Origin: a virus
DNA length: 64,000 bases
Virus record (IMG/VR): IMGVR_UViG_3300025435_001056
Coordinates: 64,001-128,000 of that record
Reading direction: 5' to 3' (one strand)
Positions 9,126 through 20,259 of this stretch are shown piece after piece. The notes beneath the pieces are model-generated. The model was given only the letters and a program-made list of their open reading frames with translations, had not been told where the DNA came from and ran no database searches. Positions within the stretch are counted from its first letter, which is position 1. The number at the start of each line of letters is the position of its first letter. A program made the position numbers and the translations under genes.

Positions 9126-10721
9126 TTAACCGCGACGCCGACGGCCCAGGCTCTTGTCAGTGCCTAGCCGTTCGGGTTCTGATCCGGCCTTGACACCGCT
9201 GCGTTGACCCGACACCTGATCTAACTGGGTGGCAGATAGCTCGGCTTCGGGTTCATCTGCCTGATTGTCCACTGGATCTAGATCCGAATCTGTAGCACCA
9301 TTCTTTAAGATCTTGAATGTAAAGTTGCCCTTCCCTTGGGTACTCATGTAGGCCTTGCTTGCATCTAACAAGACACCAGTAACAGTGGCACTGGGATACA
9401 CAGCACGGAAGCCGGTAATGCTAATCGTATCTGCAGATTCTGTAGCTTCGGTATACATTTGAACCAGTGCTGAGTGATTTAAAATTTCAGAAGCCGCTTG
9501 TCCAAAGTTTGTATTTTCATTGACATAGTCAGCAACCTTATATGCTACAACGCTGAGCATGTGTTCAAACGGAACAATTTTAGCCCAGTCCTTTGGTGTG
9601 CGACTTTGATATAATGTGTTTAAGTTTTTATTCTTAAAGTTAATTTTATCTTGTGGACCTTTGTTAGTCAAGCTCATTATATCGCGGGCTTCTTCTGTGG
9701 TAATAATCTTATACTTTACACCTAACTCTAATGCGGCACCAGCGTGACCACCGTTACTGATTGTTTTTAAAATTTCAATAACATCTTTATGTTTTTCTAA
9801 CAGCTTCTTGCCCTTAGGAGCCACAGATAATTCTTGAATACTCTTTAACAAATTAACTACACTTGCATTAGCACCGCTCTTGCCTTTACTTGACAATTTA
9901 ATCTGCTTACCGCCAGGGCTGACCAACAAGCTATCGTATAAGCCGCCAGTGACATTATTGTTAAAACTGATAGTAGCATCACCGTAGCCCGAATCAGGAC
10001 CAAAGAAAATAGTAGCCGCTTCTTGAGCATTGCCTTTAATAGGTTTACCCATTACTAAGGCCACTGGTTGTAGCATTTCGCAGAAATAGTCACGGAACGC
10101 AGTAAAGTTAATCGAGCCTTTAGGAAAAGTAACAGGGAACTTGGCGGCCTGCATAAACGTAGCAGCCGCAACTACTTCGTCACTGCCTTCACCAAACTTG
10201 GCCACAATTTGTTCCATGATTGTTTCGGGGGTATTATTTTGGAATTGAGTTAGGACTTCACTGGGCTTGTAACCTGTATTTTCTTTTGCGCCCACTTTAC
10301 TTGCAAATTTGAATCCGCCTGGAATATATTCGTGGGCAAAATTGTTCTTTACTCGATTGGGACTAATGTTTTTAAACCAGCGACCCAAATAGTAGTTTTG
10401 GTTGGTAGCTTGATCGGTAAATCGAGCAATACCAAAGCCGGCATAACCACCGCCTTCGTCGGCTAGCTGTCTACGTGCAGGGGGCTGATTGGTCCAGGCT
10501 ATTTGTTCTGGTGCAATACCAAGGCCCGTACACACTTTTGCAACTGCCGCGTTGGCATCTGTTAAATCCTTGTAAGAACCTGAATCTGGATAAAAATCCA
10601 AACTTTGAAACGCAATAACATCGCCTTCGGGATTTTTAAATAGATCACCTGGCTTGCGATTGGCAAGCCCAACACCTTCGGTTATAACAACAGAGTCAAG
10701 TAAGTTTAGAATATCACGCAT
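9126..10721 (-). CDS. Hypothetical late protein, possible internal head protein with a degenerate nuclease-like motif
   Basis: 531 aa; N-terminus MRDILNLLD..ITE; YDS....QIKLSSKG; TAAGTA 6 nt before ATG. Confidence 0.55.
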   Translation of the reverse strand: MRDILNLLDSVVITEGVGLANRKPGDLFKNPEGDVIAFQSLDFYPDSGSYKDLTDANAAVAKVCTGLGIAPEQIAWTNQPPARRQLADEGGGYAGFGIARFTDQATNQNYYLGRWFKNISPNRVKNNFAHEYIPGGFKFASKVGAKENTGYKPSEVLTQFQNNTPETIMEQIVAKFGEGSDEVVAAATFMQAAKFPVTFPKGSINFTAFRDYFCEMLQPVALVMGKPIKGNAQEAATIFFGPDSGYGDATISFNNNVTGGLYDSLLVSPGGKQIKLSSKGKSGANASVVNLLKSIQELSVAPKGKKLLEKHKDVIEILKTISNGGHAGAALELGVKYKIITTEEARDIMSLTNKGPQDKINFKNKNLNTLYQSRTPKDWAKIVPFEHMLSVVAYKVADYVNENTNFGQAASEILNHSALVQMYTEATESADTISITGFRAVYPSATVTGVLLDASKAYMSTQGKGNFTFKILKNGATDSDLDPVDNQADEPEAELSATQLDQVSGQRSGVKAGSEPERLGTDKSLGRRRRG

Positions 10722-10726
10722 ATTGT

Positions 10727-11596
10727 TTACTTATCATTACTAGAAGATAAAACTATTGCTTTCCAGCCCTTGTATGTTTTGTTATTTTTTGCAGTGGTTA
10801 TTAAATTAGCATACTGTAAATTGTGTTCTCTGCAAAATATTTTTAATTCACGACTGTAAATTTCAGTCTGATTTCCTATTGGATCAATGATGTTATACAA
10901 TACTCTTTGTGCTAGATAAAATTTTTCCTTAGCTTCGGCTGATCTAGTTTTATTTTTTTGTTGAGCTAGCTTCATATTTGCCCGAGCTTTTTCTGTTTGT
11001 TTTTTGCCTTTGCGTTGTGCAATATGTTTTTCAACTCGTGCTTTGTTATCTTTCCAAGTTTTGCCGGTCATCTTTGCTGATATCTTGGCTGCTACTTCGG
11101 GACGCTTGGCCGGATTTTTATCCCCTTTCATTCTTTCGCTAGCATATTGGAAATATTCTGGGCCGCGCTTCTTAGTCCAATCTTTTGATAAGTTTGCACG
11201 ATGTTCTGGGGTTTTAGAAACACCGGTCATTGTTTTGCTTTGTTTTTGTCTTGATTCTATAGTCCTTTTGATGCCAGCATTTGAATTAGCAATCTTACGA
11301 ACATTAAATCCGCGACCTTCATCGGCGAACGGGCGGATTTTATTCAGCCATGATTGTTCTTTTTCTAGCAATAATTCTGGATCGCACTGTTCCAGTATTA
11401 TCCAATCAAAATTGTCAGGGCCATATTTTGCCAGGGCTCGAGCTATAACTTGTTTAGGGCCAGAAGAAACAGAGGCCTTACGATGATTATACCACCGTTC
11501 TTTTATACTCAATGCGCTACCAATATAGGATCGCCCATCCTCTTTTAATATAATTTGGTAGATACCAGAATCTATAGACCTTTGTGTAGTTTTCAT
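10727..11596 (-). mobile_element. Free-standing GIY-YIG (Seg-like) homing endonuclease with NUMOD3-like repeats
   Basis: SGIYQI...GRSYIGSA...RW..H; basic repeats (KTPEHRANLS, KISAKMTGK). Confidence 0.88.
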
Positions 11597-11645
11597 ATAT
11601 ACTATTTATTACGCAGACAACACACTCTTTCAGAAGGCAAATAGC

Positions 11646-12236
11646 ATGAATTTAGTTCCGATGGTAATTGAAAAAACCGCCAATGGCGAACGGGCAATGG
11701 ATATCCAGTCCAGACTGCTTAGAGACAGGATCATTATGTTAATGGATGATGTTAACGAACACTCGGCCAGTTTGATTGTAGCGCAGATGTTGTTTTTAGA
11801 GTCAGAAGACCCTGATCGCGATATCTTGTTTTATATCAACAGCCCAGGCGGCGTAGTCACAGCCGGAATGGCTATCTATGATACCATGAACTTTATCAAG
11901 CCCGATGTTTCAACAGTGGTCATGGGTCAGGCCTGCTCTATGGGATCGTTATTGGCTCAGGCTGGAGCTGCAGGCAAGCGTTTGATTTTGCCCAACGCAC
12001 GACACATGATTCATCAACCGTCAGGCGGTGCAAGAGGTCAAGCAACAGATATTCAGATTCAAGCACAAGAGATCTTAAAGATGAAAAAGTACCTGACTGA
12101 GATCTATGTCAAACACAACACAGCTGGCAAGATCTTCGACGAGCTTACAGCTGATATGGAACGCGATTTTTTTATGAGTGCGGAAGAATCTGTGGCCTAT
12201 GGCTTAGCTGATCGGGTTATTGCCAAGCGAGTGTAG
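11646..12236 (+). CDS. clpP: ATP-dependent Clp protease proteolytic subunit
   Basis: [37 protein letters not shown]. Confidence 0.96.
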   Translation: MNLVPMVIEKTANGERAMDIQSRLLRDRIIMLMDDVNEHSASLIVAQMLFLESEDPDRDILFYINSPGGVVTAGMAIYDTMNFIKPDVSTVVMGQACSMGSLLAQAGAAGKRLILPNARHMIHQPSGGARGQATDIQIQAQEILKMKKYLTEIYVKHNTAGKIFDELTADMERDFFMSAEESVAYGLADRVIAKRV

Positions 12237-12253
12237 TACTGCTAAATATTGTC

Positions 12254-12823
12254 ATGTCAACTATTGAAGTAATTTCCCCTGTGTCCATGCGCATCAACCA
12301 GGATTGGTCCAAGATTATATCGATTGCTGAAGATTTGATTAGCAAAAGTCGAACCAGATATTCAGAAATTGTACCCTATGGTAATGCAACATTTTATCAT
12401 ATAGGGCTGTTGGGTAGTGTAAGTCACCATCATATCAGTGAAAATTGGCACAATGTTTCGGGTATTTGGATAAACAAATATATTCCTTGGATCAAACAAA
12501 TGGAAAAAGACATGGTCGAATTAGAACCTACTTACCAGATGAGTATCATGAATGGCAACGGTGCCGAGCACGTTGATTTTCCTAATCTTCCAACGGCACT
12601 TAACTATCCTATTGAAACCACAGATGCTATATCATACGTGCTAGTTGATGGTATGGAACACACTTACCCAAGTATTGCCGATCAGCCGTGGTTACTCAAC
12701 ACCCAATATCCGCATGGTGTTCGAAATACACAATATCGACTGGTGTTTAACATGCATTTTGGACGGCCTTATGACGTGGTCAAATCATGGTTTAATGCTC
12801 ATCCCGCCTTGGTTTACGGCTAA
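12254..12823 (+). CDS. 2OG-Fe(II) oxygenase-like / cupin-fold protein
   Basis: EHVD, LNYP, NTQYPHGV, RLVF; TAAATA 5 nt before ATG. Confidence 0.55.
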   Translation: MSTIEVISPVSMRINQDWSKIISIAEDLISKSRTRYSEIVPYGNATFYHIGLLGSVSHHHISENWHNVSGIWINKYIPWIKQMEKDMVELEPTYQMSIMNGNGAEHVDFPNLPTALNYPIETTDAISYVLVDGMEHTYPSIADQPWLLNTQYPHGVRNTQYRLVFNMHFGRPYDVVKSWFNAHPALVYG

Positions 12824-12886
12824 GTTAGTACATACTAACCTACACAACTGAAATCGGTTGACCCAAAATGCCCAATTTGCTATAAT
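12824..12886 (+). promoter_or_regulatory. Early promoter with upstream palindrome
   Basis: GTTAGT-acat-ACTAAC; TTGACC 12858 -17- TATAAT 12881. Confidence 0.8.
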
Positions 12887-12915
12887 ACTTGTATAGTAAC
12901 TAAAAAGGAGTAGCA

Positions 12916-13314
12916 ATGAAAGACCCAATCATTTACGCAGGTTATAGCCGGTTGGCAGATGGAACCATAAAGTTTCGTACTGCTACCAACGAAGCACGAG
13001 TTAATCAGCTAGTCTCATTTGGTGAAGAAGTTTACGTGATTCTGATCAGTCCGGTTTACTCAAAGTCAGCAGCGGCCAAAGAACTGCTTCGCTTGGATCA
13101 TGCCAACGGTGCCAAAGAGTTGGAACAGTTTTACAGCCGTCAGGTTCGTGATGAGAACCCGTTCCGCGTGGTCAAACTAAAAGTGCCGTCAGTGGCTATG
13201 CAGGAGTTGACCGGCGCCAAAATTGAAGAAGAGCCCATGACTTGCAAAGAAGCCGCTCGCCTACGTGCTGAGTGGAATCGTAAACACGCTCATTTATCTT
13301 ATGATGGAGAATAA
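12916..13314 (+). CDS. Early hypothetical protein (paralogue of 52644-52967)
   Basis: AAGGAG RBS; shared AG.....DG..K.R.A....R...L...G motif. Confidence 0.7.
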   Translation: MKDPIIYAGYSRLADGTIKFRTATNEARVNQLVSFGEEVYVILISPVYSKSAAAKELLRLDHANGAKELEQFYSRQVRDENPFRVVKLKVPSVAMQELTGAKIEEEPMTCKEAARLRAEWNRKHAHLSYDGE

Positions 13315-13315
13315 C

Positions 13316-13501
13316 ATGTCCAAGTATCGTAAAACCGATTATCAATCCATCGTTCGCAACATGCCTATCCAAGAAATTGAAGGCCTGTTCGAAACTTTCC
13401 AAAACAGTACTACTCGTACCGCTTTAGAAACCGAAATCATGAACATTCTCGAAGCCGAAATTGAGCGCAGAATCGCCAACTGGGAAGTTGCGTATGTCTA
13501 A
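13316..13501 (+). CDS. Small hypothetical protein
   Basis: GGAG RBS, 61 aa. Confidence 0.65.
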   Translation: MSKYRKTDYQSIVRNMPIQEIEGLFETFQNSTTRTALETEIMNILEAEIERRIANWEVAYV

Positions 13502-13522
13502 CAAACCGACTTAAATAACCGT

Positions 13523-14599
13523 ATGAAAATACGGTTGATTGGTCAAAGAAACGACTCTGGTATAGGTAACCACTATGCCAGTTTTTGTGATGCCTTGCGG
13601 CAGGTACGGGTGATCGGTAGCATGGTAGAAGAGGTCGATGCTGAAGATCAAACTTCTTTAATGCAGGCTGTGGCTCAAAGTGAGTCAGGCGACATAAACA
13701 TTTCGTTTGTGGCCATGAACATACACGAACATTTTCGCGGACACAACATACAGTGGATTGTGTTTGAAAGCACTAAAACACCCAGCCATATCTTGCCAGT
13801 ATTGCAGGGCGCCGACCAGGTCTGGGTTCCCAGTCACTGGGGCCGTGATATCCTAATCAACAACGGTGTCAACAGTGACCGTATTTGGATTGTGCCCGAA
13901 GGCATAGATGGCAAACAGTTCCATCCCTACGGTCGTGAACTGTACAATCAAAATCGCCCATTTCGTTTTCTCAGCGTGGGCAAATATGAACTTCGCAAGA
14001 GTTTTGACGAAACCCTGCAGGCCTTTGCGCAGGTATATGGCAACACACCTGGAGTTGAATTGGTCATCAAAAGCAATTATTTTGTTGACCAAGACATAAA
14101 AAGTCAGACCTTGCAACGCAAAATTGATGATCTGGGCTTGACCAATGTTACAGTAATATGGGGCACTGTAGAACATGACCGAGTGGCTGATCTTTACCGT
14201 AGCTGTGATGTATTTGTATTTCCGACCAAGGGAGAGGGCTGGGGATTCCCCTTGATTGAAGCTGCTGCCAGTGGCATGCCCATCATCACGGTTCCTTATA
14301 GTGGACACACTGAATTCCTAAACACCATTCCGGATTCGGTGCTGAATGTGGACTATGTACTGACACCCATCACCTGTCCTGAATATCAGGTCTATTATCC
14401 TGATGCCAACAACCAATTTGGTCTCTGGGCCAGACCCGATGTCTACAGCATAGCCGAAGCTATGCGCCAGGCCCGTACCAACCATGCAGTATTGGCCGAA
14501 CGAGCCTTGAAAAACAGCGCACAAATACGCAATCAGTTCAGTTGGACTCAAAGTGTGGACCAAGCTCTAGTGGCCATGGAAGCTCTGGTCAGCTTTTAA
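13523..14599 (+). CDS. GT4-family glycosyltransferase
   Basis: WVPS.W, FLSVGK...RK, FVFPTKGEGWGFPLIEAAASG.P. Confidence 0.9.
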   Translation: MKIRLIGQRNDSGIGNHYASFCDALRQVRVIGSMVEEVDAEDQTSLMQAVAQSESGDINISFVAMNIHEHFRGHNIQWIVFESTKTPSHILPVLQGADQVWVPSHWGRDILINNGVNSDRIWIVPEGIDGKQFHPYGRELYNQNRPFRFLSVGKYELRKSFDETLQAFAQVYGNTPGVELVIKSNYFVDQDIKSQTLQRKIDDLGLTNVTVIWGTVEHDRVADLYRSCDVFVFPTKGEGWGFPLIEAAASGMPIITVPYSGHTEFLNTIPDSVLNVDYVLTPITCPEYQVYYPDANNQFGLWARPDVYSIAEAMRQARTNHAVLAERALKNSAQIRNQFSWTQSVDQALVAMEALVSF

Positions 14600-14621
14600 T
14601 GTGGCATAAAAACAACGGTTT

Positions 14622-14646
14622 AAACCCCCGTAACTGGGGGTTTTTT
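14622..14646 (+). terminator. Terminator stem-loop, part of the repeated element
   Basis: AAACCCCC-gtaact-GGGGGTTTTTT. Confidence 0.8.
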
Positions 14647-14663
14647 CTGGCCTGTCCAAACGG

Positions 14664-14692
14664 TTGACCCAAAATGGCAGACCGCTTATAAT
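14664..14692 (+). promoter_or_regulatory. Early sigma70-type promoter
   Basis: TTGACC-17-TATAAT. Confidence 0.8.
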
Positions 14693-14722
14693 CTATGTAT
14701 AGTGATAATAAAGGAGCAAAAA

Positions 14723-14983
14723 ATGAATTTTACAGTTATCAAAGGCGACGTAATTCGTGCATATGACTTCAAGCCAATGGCAGGCCGTGAAGACTGTTTT
14801 ATTGAAGGCGAAGTGGTTGATGCCCACAATACTGAGCAAGGTTACCAAGCATACAAGATTGTGGTTACTAAAGATTCATGGTCCGATGCCACTGACAAGG
14901 GTCGTGTTGGTATTGAAATGTTTGTTCCCTGGAGGGTATCGTTTAACGAGTTCCGAGGCCGTATCATGAATCTGAGCAGATAA
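14723..14983 (+). CDS. Small early hypothetical protein (beta-rich)
   Basis: AAAGGAG RBS. Confidence 0.7.
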   Translation: MNFTVIKGDVIRAYDFKPMAGREDCFIEGEVVDAHNTEQGYQAYKIVVTKDSWSDATDKGRVGIEMFVPWRVSFNEFRGRIMNLSR

Positions 14984-14986
14984 GGA

Positions 14987-15202
14987 GTGGGAATGAAAAG
15001 TATGTATAGCTACCTAGGCTATGAATATTGTCCTTGGGACGATGTCGAGGAAGACAATATCAAGATATTCCACGAGTGTTACAAAGATGGTGTTCGTGTC
15101 AAGATGCCTGAAGCATTTTACTGTCACAGTCCTTATGATCTTGTGCCGTTTGAAAAATTTGTCAAGTATGTTCAATCCATAGAAGTGTTTATTCAGGGAT
15201 GA
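14987..15202 (+). CDS. Small hypothetical protein
   Basis: AAGGAG RBS; start may be ATG 14993. Confidence 0.6.
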   Translation: MGMKSMYSYLGYEYCPWDDVEEDNIKIFHECYKDGVRVKMPEAFYCHSPYDLVPFEKFVKYVQSIEVFIQG

Positions 15203-15477
15203 AAGCACCAATTGAACATTTTGACTTTTTAGGCCAGCCTATCCGGGTTGGTGATTATGTTTCGTTTACCTGGGCACATTGTCGTGGGATTCGTGTTGGG
15301 GTTGTAACCAAATTGACCAAGCAACGAATAAAAATGACTTGGTCTAATTCTTATGCTCATGATGGGGTTAAGACTTATTATACAGGTAACCATATTGCTC
15401 GTCCTGCTGATTGTTTGGTATTGGGCGATACGCTACAGCAACACCTAACCATGGCCGCACTACAGAAAAAGATATGA
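15199..15477 (+). CDS. Small KOW/SH3-like hypothetical protein
   Basis: DFLGQPIRVGDYV...VGVVTKLT; ATGA overlap. Confidence 0.65.
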   Translation: MKAPIEHFDFLGQPIRVGDYVSFTWAHCRGIRVGVVTKLTKQRIKMTWSNSYAHDGVKTYYTGNHIARPADCLVLGDTLQQHLTMAALQKKI

Positions 15478-16109
15478 TAGAAAATAAAGCACCCTGGTAT
15501 TATCAATACCTTGATTTGCCCAAGGTTCCAGACCAATTTGTGCAAGAGGCCCTGGCGCTTGCACACAATAGTGAAAAAAATAAATTAGAAAACAGCAACG
15601 ATTTAGACGTGTTGCCGGTCTACAATAGAACCATTTATATAGATGGAAAGCCAGCCAAAAGCCGAATGACACCACGTTGGGATTTAAGTCAAGAGTTTGT
15701 AAACTGGGTGCGTGATAATATCTGTGAAGAATTTATAGATGTTGCGGTTAGCATCAGTAAGGGTGATCCTGATGCAGTCAACACAGGAGTGCATACCGAT
15801 AATGTGCGTCATTACACCTTGATATATCTATTAGAAACCAGCAATGACGATCAAATTACAGCATGGTGGCAAGAACCAGGTTTTCCTATACAGCGATCCG
15901 AAAGAGGTTATTATAAAGAAAGTTGGGATTCGCTTGTTCCCTTGGAAAAAGTAGTATTTCCCAAATTTACTTGGTTGGTTTTCAATGCAGGTATTTTACA
16001 CAGTATTCACAACATTTACGGACATCGTATTGCAATACATGTAAGTTTGCCTTATGATCCATTTACCAAAGACAACTACTTTAAAACTAAACAAAGAATT
16101 GATGAATGA
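15474..16109 (+). CDS. 2OG-Fe(II) oxygenase-like / cupin-fold protein
   Basis: VHTD, T.WW, LHSI.N, RIAI; ATGA overlap. Confidence 0.55.
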   Translation: MIENKAPWYYQYLDLPKVPDQFVQEALALAHNSEKNKLENSNDLDVLPVYNRTIYIDGKPAKSRMTPRWDLSQEFVNWVRDNICEEFIDVAVSISKGDPDAVNTGVHTDNVRHYTLIYLLETSNDDQITAWWQEPGFPIQRSERGYYKESWDSLVPLEKVVFPKFTWLVFNAGILHSIHNIYGHRIAIHVSLPYDPFTKDNYFKTKQRIDE

Positions 16110-16112
16110 TTT

Positions 16113-16478
16113 ATGAAAGCATTTCAAGAAATTACCAAATGGGCAACAGAGTTTGACATGCCCAACCATGTTTACTTTCTAAGTGACAGCAAAGATAAAA
16201 TGTATGGCTATGTTAAAAGTAGCACTGGTGAGATTCAAGAAATGACGACTCCATATAAGTTCAAAGCTGGTGGTCGCAAGTTCAAAGAAGTCAATAACAT
16301 CTGGGGATTCTTCCCCAAGGAGGAATTGATCCTAGTTGGTGAAACTTTTAAAGTGCCTGGTAGTAAAGGTGCTGTTTATACTGTGACTAATGATCGCGGA
16401 TCATGGACTTGCACTTGCCCGGCCTCAAAATGGCAAAAGGGCGAGTGCAAGCATATTAAAAATCTACAGACTTCTTAA
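16113..16478 (+). CDS. SWIM zinc-finger protein
   Basis: GSKG..Y.V....WTCTCP......CKHI. Confidence 0.8.
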   Translation: MKAFQEITKWATEFDMPNHVYFLSDSKDKMYGYVKSSTGEIQEMTTPYKFKAGGRKFKEVNNIWGFFPKEELILVGETFKVPGSKGAVYTVTNDRGSWTCTCPASKWQKGECKHIKNLQTS

Positions 16479-16522
16479 ATTTATATCCAGCTCGTTGATC
16501 CAACAAATATCAGGAAATACAA

Positions 16523-16822
16523 TTAGGTAGTTGGGAAAACTGTGGCTTTGAACAGATAGATATAGCCAGGCTCAAAAGAACCAGTGTCAACAGAAACAGT
16601 ACCGGCCGCATTGTCAATGGCAGTGACCACAGAATTGAATGCGCCTGGGCCCCATACATACCAACCGACCTGCACATCATTCCAGCCTGGTGTAGTAGTG
16701 CTGTTGGCAGCTGCATCTGAAAATAAACCGTCGCCGCTTTCAGTGGCATAGTTGTTGAAACTTTGCGTAGAACCAGCCTGTTCACTTTCAACTGTGGTAC
16801 TACCGTCAATAATAAAGCTCAT
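16523..16822 (-). CDS. Small acidic late protein, probably virion-associated
   Basis: AAGGAG RBS and upstream TAAATA. Confidence 0.6.
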   Translation of the reverse strand: MSFIIDGSTTVESEQAGSTQSFNNYATESGDGLFSDAAANSTTTPGWNDVQVGWYVWGPGAFNSVVTAIDNAAGTVSVDTGSFEPGYIYLFKATVFPTT

Positions 16823-16847
16823 GGTGTTGCTCCTTTTTGTTGATATA

Positions 16848-17555
16848 TTATTTATTGCTGAAAGACTGGAATATGCGGATCACAGGGTCTAAATCCATGG
16901 TTACGGTCTGGAACACCAAGTTATCCATGGTGCTCTGTTTAATCTCTAAGCCCATGGCCGCATAATGATCTTCAAATTTTACATCATCACCGGCCAAACG
17001 GTCGCCAAACCGTACCCAGGCCGCTGGTATGCCGTAGGCATTGGCACAGATCAGGCCGTGTAGACTACTGCTGATCACTGAGCGACACTTGGTTATTTCC
17101 TGTGCCACTTTCAAAGGATTCTCATTTAGTAGATCCACTACAAAATAGTCCGGATACTGAGCCCGAACTTCTTTGTAATCAATGTAGTGTGGCACTATGC
17201 CCACATCATATTCCTTGGCACTTTCTTCAATCAACAAGGGCAGGAGCATGCCAGGGTCACCGTAGATTTCAGGACATGAACCGCCCATGGCCAGGATGCG
17301 TTCTCTAGTTTTAGGACCACGCACAAAACGCCAGTCAGCCTCAGGGTTGGGTCGATCGGTTCGGCTCATGATGCCGGCACCCAGCACTGTAACACCGGGT
17401 CGAGCATGATCGGCTATACTGCCAATACAGATCATGTTCCAGTCTTCATACACCTGTTGATAAGCAATACCAAAATGGTCTAAGATCTTGGGAGTTAACA
17501 CATCTCCAAAGTTGCCTGGATGCGGCGCATAGGGCCAATATACTCGGCGGGTCAT
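16848..17555 (-). CDS. Polysaccharide pyruvyltransferase (ExoV-like)
   Basis: NFGD, IGSI, VRGP.T, YGDPG, SSSLHGLI.A.AYGIP, KF.D. Confidence 0.88.
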   Translation of the reverse strand: MTRRVYWPYAPHPGNFGDVLTPKILDHFGIAYQQVYEDWNMICIGSIADHARPGVTVLGAGIMSRTDRPNPEADWRFVRGPKTRERILAMGGSCPEIYGDPGMLLPLLIEESAKEYDVGIVPHYIDYKEVRAQYPDYFVVDLLNENPLKVAQEITKCRSVISSSLHGLICANAYGIPAAWVRFGDRLAGDDVKFEDHYAAMGLEIKQSTMDNLVFQTVTMDLDPVIRIFQSFSNK

Positions 17556-18454
17556 TCTATCACCTCTAACCAGGCGTCAATTACTTTACTCCAATCGTAG
17601 TTGTCTCTGGCATACTGCTGTATGCTTTCACACTTGAGTCTATACTGGACCGGATTGTCTCGGTAGTAGGACAAGTGTTCTTGGGTCTTGGCCACAAAGG
17701 CCTCGGGTTCAACAGGAACCGTGATGCCACCGCCCTGATCACCGTTGTGTTCAAAATAGCCCACCGGTGTGCCGATCACTAGTCGTCCGGCCGCAGCCGC
17801 TTCCATAGCCGGGAGTCCGCCGGCTTCTTCACTGGAGCTGACCACCAGGCCGTCTATGTGTTTGTAGTAGGCCGGCATGCATAAATGATTGTAGAAGCCG
17901 TGTGTTTGTAAGGTCAGGCCGGCCACACCCGACACAGCAGTTTCTACCAGGTGTCCACGCTTGATGTCTTCACCGGCAAAGTTGGCACCGGTAGGTGCGC
18001 CAGCATAGCCCACAGTTCTCAAGGCCGGAGCGATGTCGGCACTGAACATGTCAGTGTGTATGCCCAAGGGAGTGATCTTAGGTTGTCTGACTATGCCTAT
18101 TTCGGCGGATTTGCGGGCCAACACATCACTGATGACCGCATAGTTTCTGACTTCACTTAGGAACTCGGTGCCACCTTCGGCCTGGGCCTTCAGTAGATCC
18201 CATTGGGCATGTGCTATGACCACAATCTTCTTGCGATCGAATCCCCACTTGGCCAAGTATAGTTCTACCGCCTCAGGGTTGGTCACTATGATGTCATAGG
18301 TGCGATCTATTAAGGCCAGTTCTTCCATAGAATAGTGTTGCATCCAGTCTAAGAGATTGGCATAGATGCCGTGCTGATAAAGTTCTTTGCAAAGGGCATG
18401 ATGGATAGAACCAAAGGCCCAACGGTTCTGTGTGTAGAACAAGACTCGCTTCAT
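17552..18454 (-). CDS. Glycosyltransferase (GT4-like)
   Basis: [31 protein letters not shown]. Confidence 0.85.
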   Translation of the reverse strand: MKRVLFYTQNRWAFGSIHHALCKELYQHGIYANLLDWMQHYSMEELALIDRTYDIIVTNPEAVELYLAKWGFDRKKIVVIAHAQWDLLKAQAEGGTEFLSEVRNYAVISDVLARKSAEIGIVRQPKITPLGIHTDMFSADIAPALRTVGYAGAPTGANFAGEDIKRGHLVETAVSGVAGLTLQTHGFYNHLCMPAYYKHIDGLVVSSSEEAGGLPAMEAAAAGRLVIGTPVGYFEHNGDQGGGITVPVEPEAFVAKTQEHLSYYRDNPVQYRLKCESIQQYARDNYDWSKVIDAWLEVIE

Positions 18455-19575
18455 GGCATACGAGGGTAGGTTCGGGACAACCAGTTGAGGTTTTCTCTTT
18501 CAGGATGACGCTGATACCAGCCCTCACCGCCATGCACATCTAATACGGCTTGGAAATATTCTTCATACATGGGTGCTACTCGTTCTAGGCTAAAGTTTTC
18601 ACCCCAGGTCCTGCAGGCTTGCGGATCGATATTTGAAATATTTTCGGTGGCCCACACAAACTGATCAAAGGTTCTGCAACGATAGCCGGTTACACCTTGT
18701 ATGTTGTTTTCAGGGAAACTTCCCCAATCGGTGGTGATGGTGGGTGTGCCGGATAGTAGCATTTCAATCTGCACCCCACCAAATGGTTCCACATACTGTG
18801 ATGCTACAAAAGCACCCTTGGCGCCCGACATCAGCTTCTTACGCTTGGTCACATCGGCATAGCCCACAAACTCCACATGGTCGGGGAAGGTTCGGTTCTC
18901 GGGATTTTGTCCGGCAATGATCAAGCGTTCGCCGGCGGCTTCGGTGGCCTGTATGGCAATGTCGATACCCTTGCCCACATACACACGACCCAGGAACAGG
19001 AAGTAGTCTTCTTTCTTGACCTGGAACTCAAAGTCATCCAGATCAAAATAGTTGGGTATGACCGCATCATACCAGTCTTGTTTGCAGGTGCCTACGGCTT
19101 CGAGTCCGCAGTAGGCATGATAGATTGCATAGCTCTCAAAGATCTTCCAACGGGCCCAGTGGCCGCCAGCATAGCCAATGCCGGGCTCTACTGTGATTAA
19201 GTCTGGATGTGCGTCACAAATGGGTCTGACACCTGATCCCCAGAACGGCAGGATAAAGTCGTTTTTCTGTTTGCGTAGACCAATTTCACGGATAGCGTTG
19301 GCGTAGAAAGTTTGATAGGCATGATCGGCCACATCATACTTGAAAAAGTTGTTGCGCCAGTCATAGTCACCGTAGGCCTTCTTCCAGTCCGCGTTAGTGA
19401 TCACTGTCACATGTTCATCACACACCAGGTCTGAATCTTCGTGTCCGTAGTGTATGATGGTGTGTCCGCGGTCTCGCATCATGCGGCCGAATTTGACAAC
19501 TTTTTGGGTGTAAGCACAGGCATTGAATTCCTTGCTTGTTACTGTGTGGGGGAGTCCTAGGATATGAAAGCGCAT
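18451..19575 (-). CDS. GT4-family glycosyltransferase
   Basis: FLGR...[21 protein letters not shown]. Confidence 0.9.
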   Translation of the reverse strand: MRFHILGLPHTVTSKEFNACAYTQKVVKFGRMMRDRGHTIIHYGHEDSDLVCDEHVTVITNADWKKAYGDYDWRNNFFKYDVADHAYQTFYANAIREIGLRKQKNDFILPFWGSGVRPICDAHPDLITVEPGIGYAGGHWARWKIFESYAIYHAYCGLEAVGTCKQDWYDAVIPNYFDLDDFEFQVKKEDYFLFLGRVYVGKGIDIAIQATEAAGERLIIAGQNPENRTFPDHVEFVGYADVTKRKKLMSGAKGAFVASQYVEPFGGVQIEMLLSGTPTITTDWGSFPENNIQGVTGYRCRTFDQFVWATENISNIDPQACRTWGENFSLERVAPMYEEYFQAVLDVHGGEGWYQRHPERENLNWLSRTYPRMP

Positions 19576-19587
19576 CAACTACTTATT

Positions 19588-20259
19588 TTAGCGCAGATCG
19601 AACAGGATAATTTCTAATTCAGTAGGGCGGGTGATTTCTAAAAATGTTTCGGATTCTATAGCTAGTCCATCACCTTCTGTGACTGCGGTTCCATTTATGT
19701 CTGCAGATCCCAACACCACATAGGCATAGTAGTGTCTGGCCGGATCCAAGTAATAGCCAAAGTAATCGGTAAAGATACCGGCTAAGAGGCGGGCATCTTG
19801 ACGGATGGGTAAGCGTTCAGTGATATTGCAAAAACGGTTTAGTTTATCCTCTCTGCTAAACTGATGCCACGCATAACCAGGTTCTGTATCAGTTACACTA
19901 GGACGGATCCATAACTGTAGGTAACGATTTGGAACATTGCTGGTATTGCCTTCGGTGTGACTGATGCCCGAACCACAGGTCATTCTTTGCACAGCACCGG
20001 CAGGAACTTCTACATTGTTACCAAGACTATCCACATGATGGCTAGATCCAGAAACCACATAGCCAAAGATTTCCATGTTTTTATGTTCGTGCCAGGGCAC
20101 TTGCCAAGCATATTGCACACGGTCATCATTGATGGTTTGCAAATCGCTGTAGTTTGTATAGCGAGGATCGTGATAGCCAGGAAAGCTGAAGGTTCTGCGA
20201 CTGTCTATAAAGTCGGCTCTAGGATTACCGCGTGTGTCGGCAGGCCTTAGGCAGATCAC
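19588..20259 (-). CDS. Pirin-family protein (YhhW-like)
   Basis: INDD, H.H.NMEI, QRMT.GSGI.H.E.N, LQLWI. Confidence 0.92.
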   Translation of the reverse strand: MICLRPADTRGNPRADFIDSRRTFSFPGYHDPRYTNYSDLQTINDDRVQYAWQVPWHEHKNMEIFGYVVSGSSHHVDSLGNNVEVPAGAVQRMTCGSGISHTEGNTSNVPNRYLQLWIRPSVTDTEPGYAWHQFSREDKLNRFCNITERLPIRQDARLLAGIFTDYFGYYLDPARHYYAYVVLGSADINGTAVTEGDGLAIESETFLEITRPTELEIILFDLR

